A stretch of DNA of 64,000 bases. It comes from Vicugna vicugna (Eukaryota). Location: assembly GCA_013265495.1 (NCBI GenBank), contig MU058584.1:2513599-2577598 (forward strand), given 5' to 3'. Both the position numbers and the translations under genes were made by a program. Below are positions 50,300-61,760 of the stretch, one piece after another. Position 1 is the stretch's first letter. The number at the start of each line of letters is the position of its first letter. The notes beneath the pieces were generated by a model. That model saw nothing but the letters and a program-made list of their open reading frames with translations. It made no database searches and was not told where the DNA came from.

Positions 50300-50975
50300 T
50301 TTTTTTTATTCATTCTTTCATTTGACAAGGATTTATTGAGTCTGCTCTGTGTGCAAGACACTCTTGAATAGGGAAGAAAAAGAGTTTAGGTGAATAAGGA
50401 GGCATTGATCTTGCCCTAAAGAGGTTAGCAGGTCGTAGGAGAATTAAGATGTAGCCTCTGAAATTATCATCAAAGTGTTACTGGGTTTTAAACAGAAGGC
50501 TCCTTAGAAGCCATATGATTCAAACCCATCATGTTGACGCATGAGGAAACTGAGGCTCCAGAAGACTGAGGAACACAATTAAGGCCACACACCTTTTTGG
50601 TTATGGAGCTGAAGCAAACACATTGTCCAAGGCTCCTCCTCCTTCTCCACAAAGAGTGTGATCAGAGCCTCAAAGAATTGCAAGAAAAGTGCTATGAGGT
50701 CTCAGAGGAAATGCCCTGGAAAAAGGAGACATTTAAGCTGAATCTTTTAAAGTGTGCAGGACTTTGATGGCATTCAACATGGAAAGGCATTCCAGGAAGA
50801 TGGAACAGCAAACAAAGTTTTAGAAACAAAGAAGTACAGAGTAAGTTTGGATAACAGACAAATACTCCAGTGCTTGGTCAGATACTTGCTAGAAGGAGAG
50901 AATTCGGTGGTGGAGTTGACCTCCGAAGTAGGTAGAACCAAGACCCTGGATGGCCCAAAGAGTCAGATCAAGGGC
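50300..50975 (-). mobile_element. L2 fragment with an embedded MIR (~50500-50640)
   Basis: ttcattc...atttattgag; gaaaggcattccaggaaga; MIR core atgaggaaactgaggctc. Confidence 0.55.
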
Positions 50976-53249
50976 TAGGCCACCTGATGTCATCTGAGTC
51001 ATACACAGGAGCTGTGGAGGCCCTCGTATTATCCAGGCCAAAGCAAGGTGTGCTGCAGAAGGATGAGGGCAGCATAGCAGGGAACAGAGGGGTGAGATGC
51101 TAGAGATTTGGGAAGCACTGGTAGACTACACCGAGGGGAGCATGTTGAGACAGTGAACCGGATGTTTCCTGGAGAAGAGAACAGGAGTGATGAAGTTTCC
51201 TTTCCAAAAAAGAACACTTTTATTGGCAAGTTAAGTGTCATCAACTTGTCTCTCCAAAGTGACTGACGTCTTGTTCTTGGAAAGAACGGACCTTGATGAA
51301 GAATAGTTATAAACCCCCAAAGCTCTTCTCAGCCTTGGGGTGATATGAACCTTGGGGTGAGAATTACCACCCACAAGCCTGGAATCACCAGAGGAGGTGA
51401 AGGACCACTGAGTATTGACCTCACTCCACCCACTGGGAACAGGAAAGTGATGATTTCAGATTTTTCCTCTTTAGTTCATATTCTTTCCCTTTAAATCAAG
51501 TAGGTGCCTATATATATATTTCAACTGCTGAGATATATATAAATATATATATATATATTTCAACTGCTGAGAAATGCTTCACTGTGGGACATCTTGGTGC
51601 TCGAACCAGGTCTGATCAATATTTCCACTTTTTAGAACTTTTCTTGGAGTCTTTTACAATATTGTTTTGCCCAGTAGAAGCAGGGAGATTTACAAATGGA
51701 TATTTCAAATACTCTTCCAAACTGATGACTTAGATCATCCCATATTTGAATAGAAACAAACAATCAAAGTTGCACGTCCTGATGCTTTCAAATACTCACA
51801 CATTTGTCATCGCAGAGTCATGATATTGATGTGTTTGTACTTGGCAAATGATACGGATATTTGGCTCAAACGGAGCCGCAGTTTCATTCTAAGCTGGAAG
51901 AAAGTCTGATCAAGGTGTTCCCCCAAAATTCATTCTTGTGATTCCTGCCTTTCTGCACAATGCAAGTCCGTACCAGCCTGCGCACACTCTCCCAAAGAGG
52001 GCTTCATCTCAATGCCAGCAAGGCTGTGAAAACGCCTCCCTTTCCTGTGACTGCTGGGTTCACTGCTCTATCTGGTGGGAGGCGGGGGTGAAGGAGAGCT
52101 GAAGGACCCGGCCTTATGTTCGAAGCAGAAAATCAATAAACCCATTCTCACAAATGAAGAACCAATGAAAGGGGGAGAAAACGGAGCGGGAGGAAAAAGG
52201 GAAATAAAGAGACAAGGAGAAAAGAAGGGGAAGGATTCAGAATGAACTCACGCTCTGCAAAACAATGGAGAAGTGCAGAAACACCCCGGCTGTTTGTGTG
52301 AATAAAGAAGTCACGTGTGTATATCACAGTAGTAATTAAAACCTCTCAGTCAGATGCTATAGAGAGATTAGTTGTCACATTGTGTTAAAGGAATCCTTGC
52401 CTTATTCCCTAGAAGGGGACAGACTGCCTGCCGTCCTGTCATCTGTTCCTGTGTTAGAGCAACTCTCAGCCAGAATGCCTCACTGGCAGATTCCGTGCAC
52501 AGAAGCCCTTGGCTACCGGAGAGCACTCTTTCTACTAAGTAAGAGGGAAAAAAAAATTGGACCACGTCTATGTACCAGCCACAGCAACCCTGGTTTACTT
52601 CGGTTATGACCCTCAACACTGTTTAGAGACTCATTTTCCAGTCTTGCTTTCCAGGGAGGTGAGTCAGAGAGTTCAAGGGGCCACTGGGAAAGGGCAGACA
52701 GCAGGGCAATAACAGAGCGGTGTAGGGAGGGAGATGGGCCGTGCCTGGAACCCAGGAGACAGCTTCTGGTCCTCCGCTCCCGGGCGCTGTGAGACCCGGA
52801 ATGAGTGCCTGAGCTTCCTCGTGTGTAAACGGGATCTCTTGGGTCTGTTGGTTCCAAGCTGAACTTCTTTTCTACTAGCCAAGCAGAATAGTTATATGCT
52901 CAATAAGTGGAATGAAAAGGACCAAGAGGTCCTTGGACAGCTTTCCATTAGCAAGTAATCAGTTGGTTCAGGCGACATTCCGCCAGCCCAGTGAAAAAGA
53001 AAACCCAGCCAAACCAGCTTTTTGAGTCCACCGACTCCTATTATGACTGAATTTATGGGCTAAATAGTTGGTCTCAAAAGAATTCACACAAACTGAGGAG
53101 TCCATGAACACCTGTCTAGTCATCTACAACCTCCATCTGGGGTGATTTAAAAAAAATCTTCATTGTAAGCAATTCCTCCCTATATTGTATTCATATCATG
53201 CCTTTATCTGAAAGTTAATTGGAGGCAAGAAACTTGTCTTCAATGCCCC

Positions 53250-53780
53250 TAAGATAGTGAAAAGACAGCTCACAGAATGGGAGAAAACATTACAAATTAT
53301 GTATCTGATAAGGGACTTGTATCTGGAGTATATAAAGAATGCTTATAACTCAATTATAGAAAGACAAATAACCCATTTTAAAAATGGTCAAAACATTCTA
53401 AATGGAGAGTTCTCCAAAGACATACATGTGGCTGGGTAAGCACGTGAAAAGGTGTTCAGACGTCATGAGCCATCAGAGAAATGCACATCAGAAGGGAAAA
53501 TCGCCATACCCGCTAGAATGGCTATAATCGAAGGGGCACAAACACAAGAGTTGATGAGGATGTGGAGGCCAAAGACACGGAGAAACTGAAGCCCTCGCAC
53601 ACTGCCAGCAGGAGCGCGAAGTGGTGCAGTTGCTTTGGAACACAGTCTGGCAGCGCCTCCAAAGGTTACACAGAGCCACCATGTGGTCCAGTAATTCTAC
53701 TCCTAGGTGTACGTCCAAGAGAGGTGAGAACATACGTCCACACCCAGACACTTGCAGGAATGTTCATAGCATCATTATCA
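53250..53780 (+). mobile_element. L1MB-like ORF2 3' end (degenerate)
   Basis: ORF-track peptide KRQLTEWEK resembles L1 ORF2; gaaatgcacatca; aattctactcctaggt; aatgttcatagcatcattat. Confidence 0.85.
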
Positions 53781-53873
53781 TTAATCAAGTTTCGATCTTA
53801 AGACTTAATGTGTTCAGGAACTAGATCCCATCAGATGAGCTAAAGTTGACTAGACTGAACAGCAGCAAATGAC

Positions 53874-54275
53874 TGTAGGAGACTGCCAGTGACTCCAAAA
53901 CGTCTGCTTCCCTTCCCTCCACAGGAGTCAGGGGTTAGCTGCCCACCTGGCAGCTAGGTGGGGTCCTGTGATTAAGTTCTGGCTAATGGAATGGAGGTAA
54001 GAGATGTCATTTCTGGATACCCTTAAATGAATTCAGCATCTGCTCCCTTGGGTCCTTCCCTTTAAAAACAAAAATCCTTGCAACTGTCTAAGAAAGGAGC
54101 AAGCACCTTTGCCCACAAAGGCGTGATACCTTTAAAGAGGACCGAGCTGTTCTGCCAGTGCTGAGCCCTGTAATTACCACTGGACTGTGACATGAGAGAA
54201 AAATAAATTTCTATCCAATTTAAGCCATTGTGTTTTGGGGGTCTCTTCGTTAAAGCAACTTAGACTGTAATCTAA
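53874..54275 (+). mobile_element. MLT1-type MaLR LTR
   Basis: gtgattaagttctggctaatggaatg; catgagagaaaaataaatttcta...taagccattg. Confidence 0.7.
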
Positions 54276-55676
54276 GAGAATCAGACTGCCAATTGTACGT
54301 GTGACTGATAAGCAAACCAAGTGCTCTTTGTCATTCCTACTGTCTGCTGTACATTTCCCAAAACAGGGATGTTTGATTCACTCTACGGAGCATCCTCTTC
54401 CTATTCAATATCATGGGAAACTGAATTTGAAGCTCTGTTATTAGATACTATTAAGACTGGTGGTTGGTTGTTCATCTAAATGAGTTGGTTAAGGTGGAGA
54501 ATTGTTTAAAGATGATACAAGCATACTGTATTGAACGTTTTATTTTAATGCACATGGGATACTCCCTGGAAGCCTCTTAGAAAGACATTGGTGGGTGATT
54601 GGAGCTCTGAGAGCCATGTTGGACCATAAGGATGATGGTCACGTTCCAAGGATGGTGAAGAAAAAGCCTAGAGGCAGGATGGGTGCTTAGGTGCTCCTTC
54701 CAGACTTCTGTTCCCCGAAAGACACTGTGGGCATCAGTCTTCAAGTTTCATGGGAAAAAAATAGACAGTGTCGGTCAATGCAATGCTTTTATTAACGGGT
54801 AATCCATTAACAGCATTTGCAGAGTAATCAGATTCTGGACTGAGCAGAAGTTTAGAACAAAGCAAATCAGATATCTTTATAAGATATGTCATTCAGGCTA
54901 CAGAAAGGCTTAATAAATGTGTCTGTCGTACAGTTAGTACATCTCTCGTGAATAGAATTCTTGGAATCACTGGATATATCATTTTATTTTCTCTCTGGTG
55001 GTGCTAAAAACTGATGATGACTTTTTAATTTTCCAGTTCTGGTTTCTAAAGTTACCATAAAGCCCAACGTGTAATATGGGACAAGTTACAGTAACGCCGA
55101 ATGTTTTGCAGTTTAATTGGATTTCTCAGCCTCAAATAATTCTGGGGACACTTCTCACATACTGGCTACAACCATTGCCTTGGCTTCATCAGCCAAGCTC
55201 CATAATTAGCTGAACTAGAATCACCGCAAGAGAGTGAGTCATTGACTCCGCTTGGCTCTGGGCAGTGCCAAAGTGGTGTTTGTGTCGCTTACAAAGGTCC
55301 AAGATGGAAAGGATTTGAAGTCATTTATCAGACCCCTCCGTTAGTTCCTAGGGACAATTCCAGCTAAGCTATCCTGAGACGTGGTATAGAATCACTTGAG
55401 AGACCTGCTAGGAAAGCCAGCAAAATGATTAAGCAGCTAAAAGAGGGCTTGCATGGTACTATTCTTTAAAATGATTTAAAATATGAAATGAAGCTGTAGT
55501 CATGGAAATAATAAAATATTACAAAATAAAATAGCCTCTGCTATCCATTCATTTATCCCTTTGTAAATTCAGCAGATACTTACTGAGGGCCTCTGATTTA
55601 CTGTATGAAGTGCCGGATGTGACTGGGCCAGCTACCTGACCATCAGAGACAAGTGTCCCCTTTCCATGGTGTGGAG

Positions 55677-56040
55677 CTGTGGCAGCGAAGCGGCTCCCAG
55701 CCAGGACTACATGCTCCAGCTCTTGATCGTCTGAGTGACCAGTTCTGATCTAAGCCATGCGAGTGGAAGTGATGTGGGCTACTTCTGAGGCAAAATTGTT
55801 AACATCCTTCCCCATTTTTCTTTCCTTCCGTTTCAACTTTGGAGACTGTTAAAGATGGTGGCATCAGAAGATTGAAGGAGCCGCGATCTCTGAGTCCTCA
55901 CTTGTTGGAGAGCCTGCCGAGAAGGACCACCCAACCAAGGGCGCTGCAGTGGGTTTTATGTGAACAAGAAACAATATTTTATTTTGTTTAACCACAAAGT
56001 TTTAGTTTTACGACAGCAATTGGCCTACTCTGACTAATAC
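55677..56040 (+). mobile_element. MLT1-type MaLR LTR
   Basis: gactacat...gtggaagtgatgtg...aagatggtggcatc...tgaacaagaaacaa...tgactaatac. Confidence 0.7.
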
Positions 56041-57324
56041 TTAATACATAGGATTGGAGATTACAAAATTCTCATTTATTATAGGTAACTGGTCTTCTTA
56101 TGATGATCTTATTACAATTGTTACATAACTTCGTTAGAAAATATTGGGGGCTTGTGAAAAGCTCTCTCTGGGGATCTTAAACCCCTTCTTTACACAACAG
56201 ACTCTCACCAAAGAATGAGAACAACCCCACATGAAGTGCATTTTGGCAAACGCTTCATGCATAATTTGGAAATCAAAGTCTCTCAAAGGTTATTGCCTGG
56301 TTTCCCGAATGGAATGTTGGAAAAGATAGTAAATGAGACCACTGGGGACATGTTCATTTTTAATAGGAATACTCTGCAAGATCTGGAAGCGTTAGCACTA
56401 ATAGTTGGACTGTCTATTCACTTCCTCTTGCCTATGTCCTCCAAGCCTTCAGATGCATCTGATTTATGAAAAGCTACAGCCCAGGCTATACGTGACTTGG
56501 CACGTAGAACCTGAAGCAGTGGAAGTCCAGCCACCAAGGAATGTGGCCTGGGTGTGGGTTCCCCAGGATGCAGTCATGATCTCTCAACCCCACCACGGAT
56601 TTCTGATGTGCTTGATCCTTCCCAGACTCACAAACTAGAAGAGAATAGTGCATAGAGAGAGCTCATACAAAAGTTTCACGTAACACTCACCATGGCTACG
56701 TGCAACAGTCAAATGCTCTCTTTATAAAATTCTGATTGGAAGCCGATAAATGGTTTTCACGACCCACTAAGGAGTCAGAACTCTCCATCTGAAAACTGTC
56801 CCATCTTGTCTGTGTTACCCTTTTGCCTAAAAGTGCTCTTTTTCCTTTGTGTTCTCTCCTTCAATAAAGCCTGAACTGAGAAGTTTTCATTCATTTCTAA
56901 CCTACTGAGAACTTGAATCAAATGTTTACCTTCATTGGAAATATTTGAATTTTTAGCCTTAGAACTGAAAGAGACCTCAGCTCTCTTTTTCTTTTAATTG
57001 ATGAGTTGGAAGGTCAGCTTAGGAAGGCTAAGTTCTTGGCATGGTTTGTCACAGAGTTGGGGATCAGAACTCAAGTCTCACGATATGGCGTCGTTTCCAA
57101 TCACGACTCTACCATTTTTCTAAATGAATGGCTGGGCCCTCCACCAACCAACTTCACTATTAATGAGATGTAAAGAAAGCGCCTGTGGGGACAGGGTACT
57201 GGGTAACTGGGTGACCCTCAAATTGAACGTGTGGATGGATGCTTGTCTATATGTACTTTTGATGATCAAATAAGATATCTCATTTACTGAAAAATGTATT
57301 CCTTCACAGAGTTCTATGGATTTT

Positions 57325-57545
57325 CTTATTGTAGCACAATATACATAACATAAAATTCACCACCTTAACCATTTTTAAGTATACAGTTCAGTGGCATTAA
57401 ATATATTCATGTTTTGAAACCATCACCATCACCATCTTCCGTCTCCAGAACACTTTTCATCTCACAAAACTGAAACTCTACACCTATTAACAGTCACTCT
57501 CAGTCTCCCTTCAGTCCCTGGCTACCACCATTCTTTTTGTCTCAA
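57325..57545 (-). mobile_element. L1MB-like 3' end
   Basis: acataacataaaattcaccaccttaaccatttttaagtatacagttcagtggcatta. Confidence 0.85.
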
Positions 57546-57664
57546 TCTCAAATTGTATTTTCAGGTAGCTTTTTACATCTAGGCCACTCAGCCGCAGAAA
57601 AGAGGGATAGCTGGCCGGCTGCATTTAGATGCGCATGGCATCCTGATTTTAAGCGCCACGCCTG

Positions 57665-57684
57665 AGCTCAGCAGGTGGCGCAGT
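57665..57684 (+). promoter_or_regulatory. Candidate CTCF motif
   Basis: TCAGCAGGTGGCGC, one mismatch from the CCAGCAGGTGGCGC form of the core, in locally CpG-retaining DNA. Confidence 0.45.
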
Positions 57685-58594
57685 TGGACGTGGGTTACCT
57701 CCAAAGCAGCTCATGAAATGAAGAGAACCGTTGACCTAAGCAAGCCGGAGCTGGCATGGAAGGTAGGAAAGGACAGGGAGAAGGCAGACACTGATCGGCA
57801 CACCTCTGACCATGGAAGCCGCGTCTCTGTGGACAAGCCGGGCAGACACCGTGACTGACAGCAATAAAGATAGAGCAGCTGGTGTACCATTAATAATCAC
57901 GGGCTCCAGAGAATTCATCCCCCTGCAGATGAGGACAAACATTGCAGGCTGTCGTCAGCGTGTGCTGGGAACACCCTTCGGTCACCCTGGAGGCACGACT
58001 TTGTGTCCCTCACCTTTTCAACTTGCTTTTCTGGGTGCCTGTGACATTTATTTCCTGACCTCAGGGTGACATCTCATAAAGGCACAATTACCCCAACCCA
58101 GCACCTTCTAAGCCATGAAGCTTAATCTATGTAAATCATGACTGTAAATGACAACAGCCACCAGGGACAGAGCTGAATGGGTCTTAGAGTCCTGATTTCT
58201 CCCTCTCCCATTTGTCCCAAACAAAATACGTCTCTTTTCTATCATTCTCTTAACCCCTTTTGTTAATGGTGGGCTCACCTTATACAGACAATGTAGGCAA
58301 TTTACAAAAGTCAGTCTATGAGGGAGAGAGAGCCATGGCAATGGCCAGGGACCACTAGCTTTGATAGTTCTTGTAACAAATGCCACATCCAAGCACTCAT
58401 GAGTGGCCAGGCTCCCCAGCCAAAGAATCAGTATGAAATATTCAAGGAGAAAAGAACAGGGCATCCTCCTCCTCAGTTTGGACTGCGCACCAGGAAGAAA
58501 CTCCAAAAGTGACAAGTCCGTGGAAGCAGCAACCTCACTCTTCAGGAATGCCGTGGGGTAGGAACTGCCAAAGAAAGCACGCAGCATCTTAATT

Positions 58595-58800
58595 AGTATA
58601 TACAAGAGAGCCTTGGATTTGGGGTGAGACACTTGGGTTTAAATTCAGGCTCCCGCTCTCAGTAGCTGTAACCTTGAATATGACATAAACTCTCTGAATC
58701 TTTTTTTTTTTAATTTAGCAAAACAAGTGTAACACCACCAGCCCTGATTGTGAGGATTAAATGAGATAATGTGAATAAAAGCACCCTGAACATAGGTGGC
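58595..58800 (+). mobile_element. MIR SINE
   Basis: tagctgtaaccttg...gattgtgaggattaaatgagataat. Confidence 0.75.
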
Positions 58801-59299
58801 GAAGGCAAAGTATATACATGCTGATACCCATACATGGATGCAGTCACAGATGTCGTGTACACACACACCTATAGGCAAACAATTTGTATTGGTTTCACTA
58901 TTAAGAATTTTTCAGCAGTGCTTATGGGAACGTCTGCCCGCCCGTCTGCCCTAGGGATAGTCACCCAATTCTAGGAGATAAATTCAAGTCGTGGCAAATG
59001 CAGTGGTGCCGTTGGCAGAACTGTGGTATATCTGGGTGATGTGTAAGGGAGGTAACCACTTTGCAACATGGGAGTTGAGGGGGGCAGTTCATGTACTGCA
59101 AAGTTATATAGAAGGGTTGTCCATATGTGGAGTGGATGCTGTGAATCCCCAGAGCACAGGAGAGGGGACTGGAATCACATTTGATAAACTACAATGAAAA
59201 TGCCACGTTCCTGCTCGTGTAGACAGTTCTGCTAGTCATCCTCACGGACACTGGTGTTCATGCATCCCATGTTTATTGGCATCTGTGCTGGTTACATAA

Positions 59300-59549
59300 T
59301 GCTATGGTCTCAATATTTACATCCCTTCCAAATTTATATGTTGAAATCTTAACCCTCGAAGATGATGGTATTAAGAGGCGAGGTCTTTGGGAGGTGATCA
59401 GGTCATGAGTGTGGAGTCTTCAGGAAGGGGATTAGTGCTCTTTAAAACAGACACCCCAGGGCTCCCTTACCCCTTCCACCATGTGAGGACACATTGAGTT
59501 GTGCTCACTTCGGGGTAACTTGTTATAGCAGCAATAAGAAACTAATACA
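59300..59549 (+). mobile_element. MLT1B-like LTR, internally deleted
   Basis: tgctatgg...tatgttgaaatc...ccaccatgtgaggacaca joined directly to ttgttatagcagcaataagaaactaataca. Confidence 0.8.
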
Positions 59550-61554
59550 TAGTGGGACTTTCCTGTCAGAGTCCCCAGGAGTCTGCAGATCTGCCTCCGG
59601 AGTAACCAAAACATCTCTGCTTCTTTCTTCCCTGTAGCAGACATTCAACTATTTGAAGACACATTTCAAATTCCCCCTAAATCTTTAGTTTGCTAACTCA
59701 GTATTGTCCGTGTTGCCTTATCTGACAATTCTCAGAATCTTCATCACTGTAACTGTGTTATGTTTTGGTCTTCATCCTCACCCCCCAACAAAGCTGGCAT
59801 CTTGAACAGCACACTGTAACTCCGGGGTGGAATACAGGAACAGCCTCTGTGAATGCTCTGGATAACTAACGCCTCCTTTGAGCACAGGTCTCCCTGCCCC
59901 CCCCCACACACACACCACGCTTCAGTGTAAACAGAGCCGCACAGAATTCTATAGAAGCCTTATTGTGGGAGAGTAGAAAGAGCAGGGTTTTTGGAATGAA
60001 ACTCACCTGAGTTTGAACTCTGGCATTTCCACTTTCTGGCTACATGATCTTGAAAAAAAAAATCAGTTAGCCTTTCTGTGCCTTGGTCTAGTAACTCATC
60101 TATAACTCATCTAGATTGTGGGGATAAATAACTAAAATGAGATAATATATTTGAACATATTTTGCAGAAGGAAGGCATTAAAAGATGTTGGTTTCTTTTC
60201 GTCCCCCTGGTTCTGAACACTGTAATCCTGTTCACGTGGCTCAAGTTTAAACTAACTTTTTGTGCAAAAATATCGCATTCCTCAGGCTCATATCAAGATT
60301 ACAATCATCTAAATGCCTAAAGTCTTTTTAAGGGCACGCCCAGCAAGCCACCTTCACCTTAGTTTGTGCTGGAGCAGTTGTTGATTTCATGTTATGTGGA
60401 GGTTTGGTTTATTGGCCCGCTCCACCAGTCCCTTTGGGGATTCTAATTTTCCCACTCCACAGATTAGTTATTGCGCCTAGCTTGAAGCCCTATGAGTTTG
60501 TCAGATGTTTCATTAAATGTCCGTACAAATCCCTAAGAAGAAAGTAGTTGAGCCTATTTTGGCATTACTTGCCCTTAATACATTTATGCCAGATCCAAGG
60601 GCTCACTGCTTCCTTGTCCAAGTGTCCACAAGCCAGCTTTCCAAGGACCATTGATTTCGAGATGCCTCGAATTACGTGAGGTCTTTCCAGGCAGCGCGTA
60701 TGCAAGTTTTCTCCTCCTATGAAAGCAGTCCGCTCCTCTTAGGAGACTTTCATGCATAGACGGAACCTTGTTTCTCCTTTATTGCTTCTCCCCCTCTTCA
60801 GGGCTTAGTAAATCTTCTCCCAACAATGTTGATGTCAACCTTTAGAATTGTACAACCTGTCTTCTTAAAAAAGTACAGAAGCAAAATCGGTATTGAGGAG
60901 TTCTGTTTTCTCTGTGACCTGTTATGATTTCGATATTAACCTTCAGCAGAGGAATATCCTTCGTTACTGGATTTTCTCGCCCAAATTCTAAATTTAAAAG
61001 CATCTGTCTTTTACTGTTTGAACCTTTTGGTTTACCTGCAAATTGCCCCCTAGAGGTCAACAACGTGGCCGTCTGTCCATCACTGTTAATAGGCACCTAT
61101 CTCCATGGCTTTCTATGTCTGAACTTGCGGATGCATTCCTGAGGACCACTAGTTCAGATTCCCGCAGTGTAAGGTGCATGTCTAACTCTGCCCTGTGCTC
61201 TTTGGTGCCATGAGTGCTCAAGTGCTTGCAGTTTGGAGATTGTAAAGTCAGGTTTGGTCCTAGCTCTTCAGACATGACTTTGGCTTAGCGTCTCCCCAAC
61301 CCCCAACAACTAGAGTGGCAAAGGAATCTCCTGTCCCACAGGGAGGGCTCTTTTAGCCTCAGAGGGAAGGCAGACCCCGGAGGGCTGAAAGCCAAAAGTG
61401 ATGGCTCCCTTCATCCTTTGTTGTTGCAGAGGTCCCTGCTCAGAAGCTCTGAGAAAAATAGTCCCCGGTTAAAAATCACGGTCCTTCTCTTCCTTTCTTC
61501 TCTGTACTTCCCTTTCCTCAGATGCCACCTGTAGCAGGACTGAGGAGCCATGAA

Positions 61555-61760
61555 ACGCCGCGGCTAAGAGCCTTGCTCTGGAAGCAGACAGACACGAGGT
61601 TAAATCTCAGCCTTTTTGAGCCTTAATTTTCTCACCTGTAAGATGTGACTGACAGAACCTAGCACAGAGGGGGTCTGATGAGAATTAAATGAGATAATAC
61701 TTAGAAACCACTTAGCTCAGGGTCCATAAAATAACAAATGCCAACTAATGCCAGTCATTA
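61555..61760 (+). mobile_element. MIR SINE
   Basis: gctctggaagcagacaga...ttctcacctgtaagatg...gagaattaaatgagataat. Confidence 0.75.
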
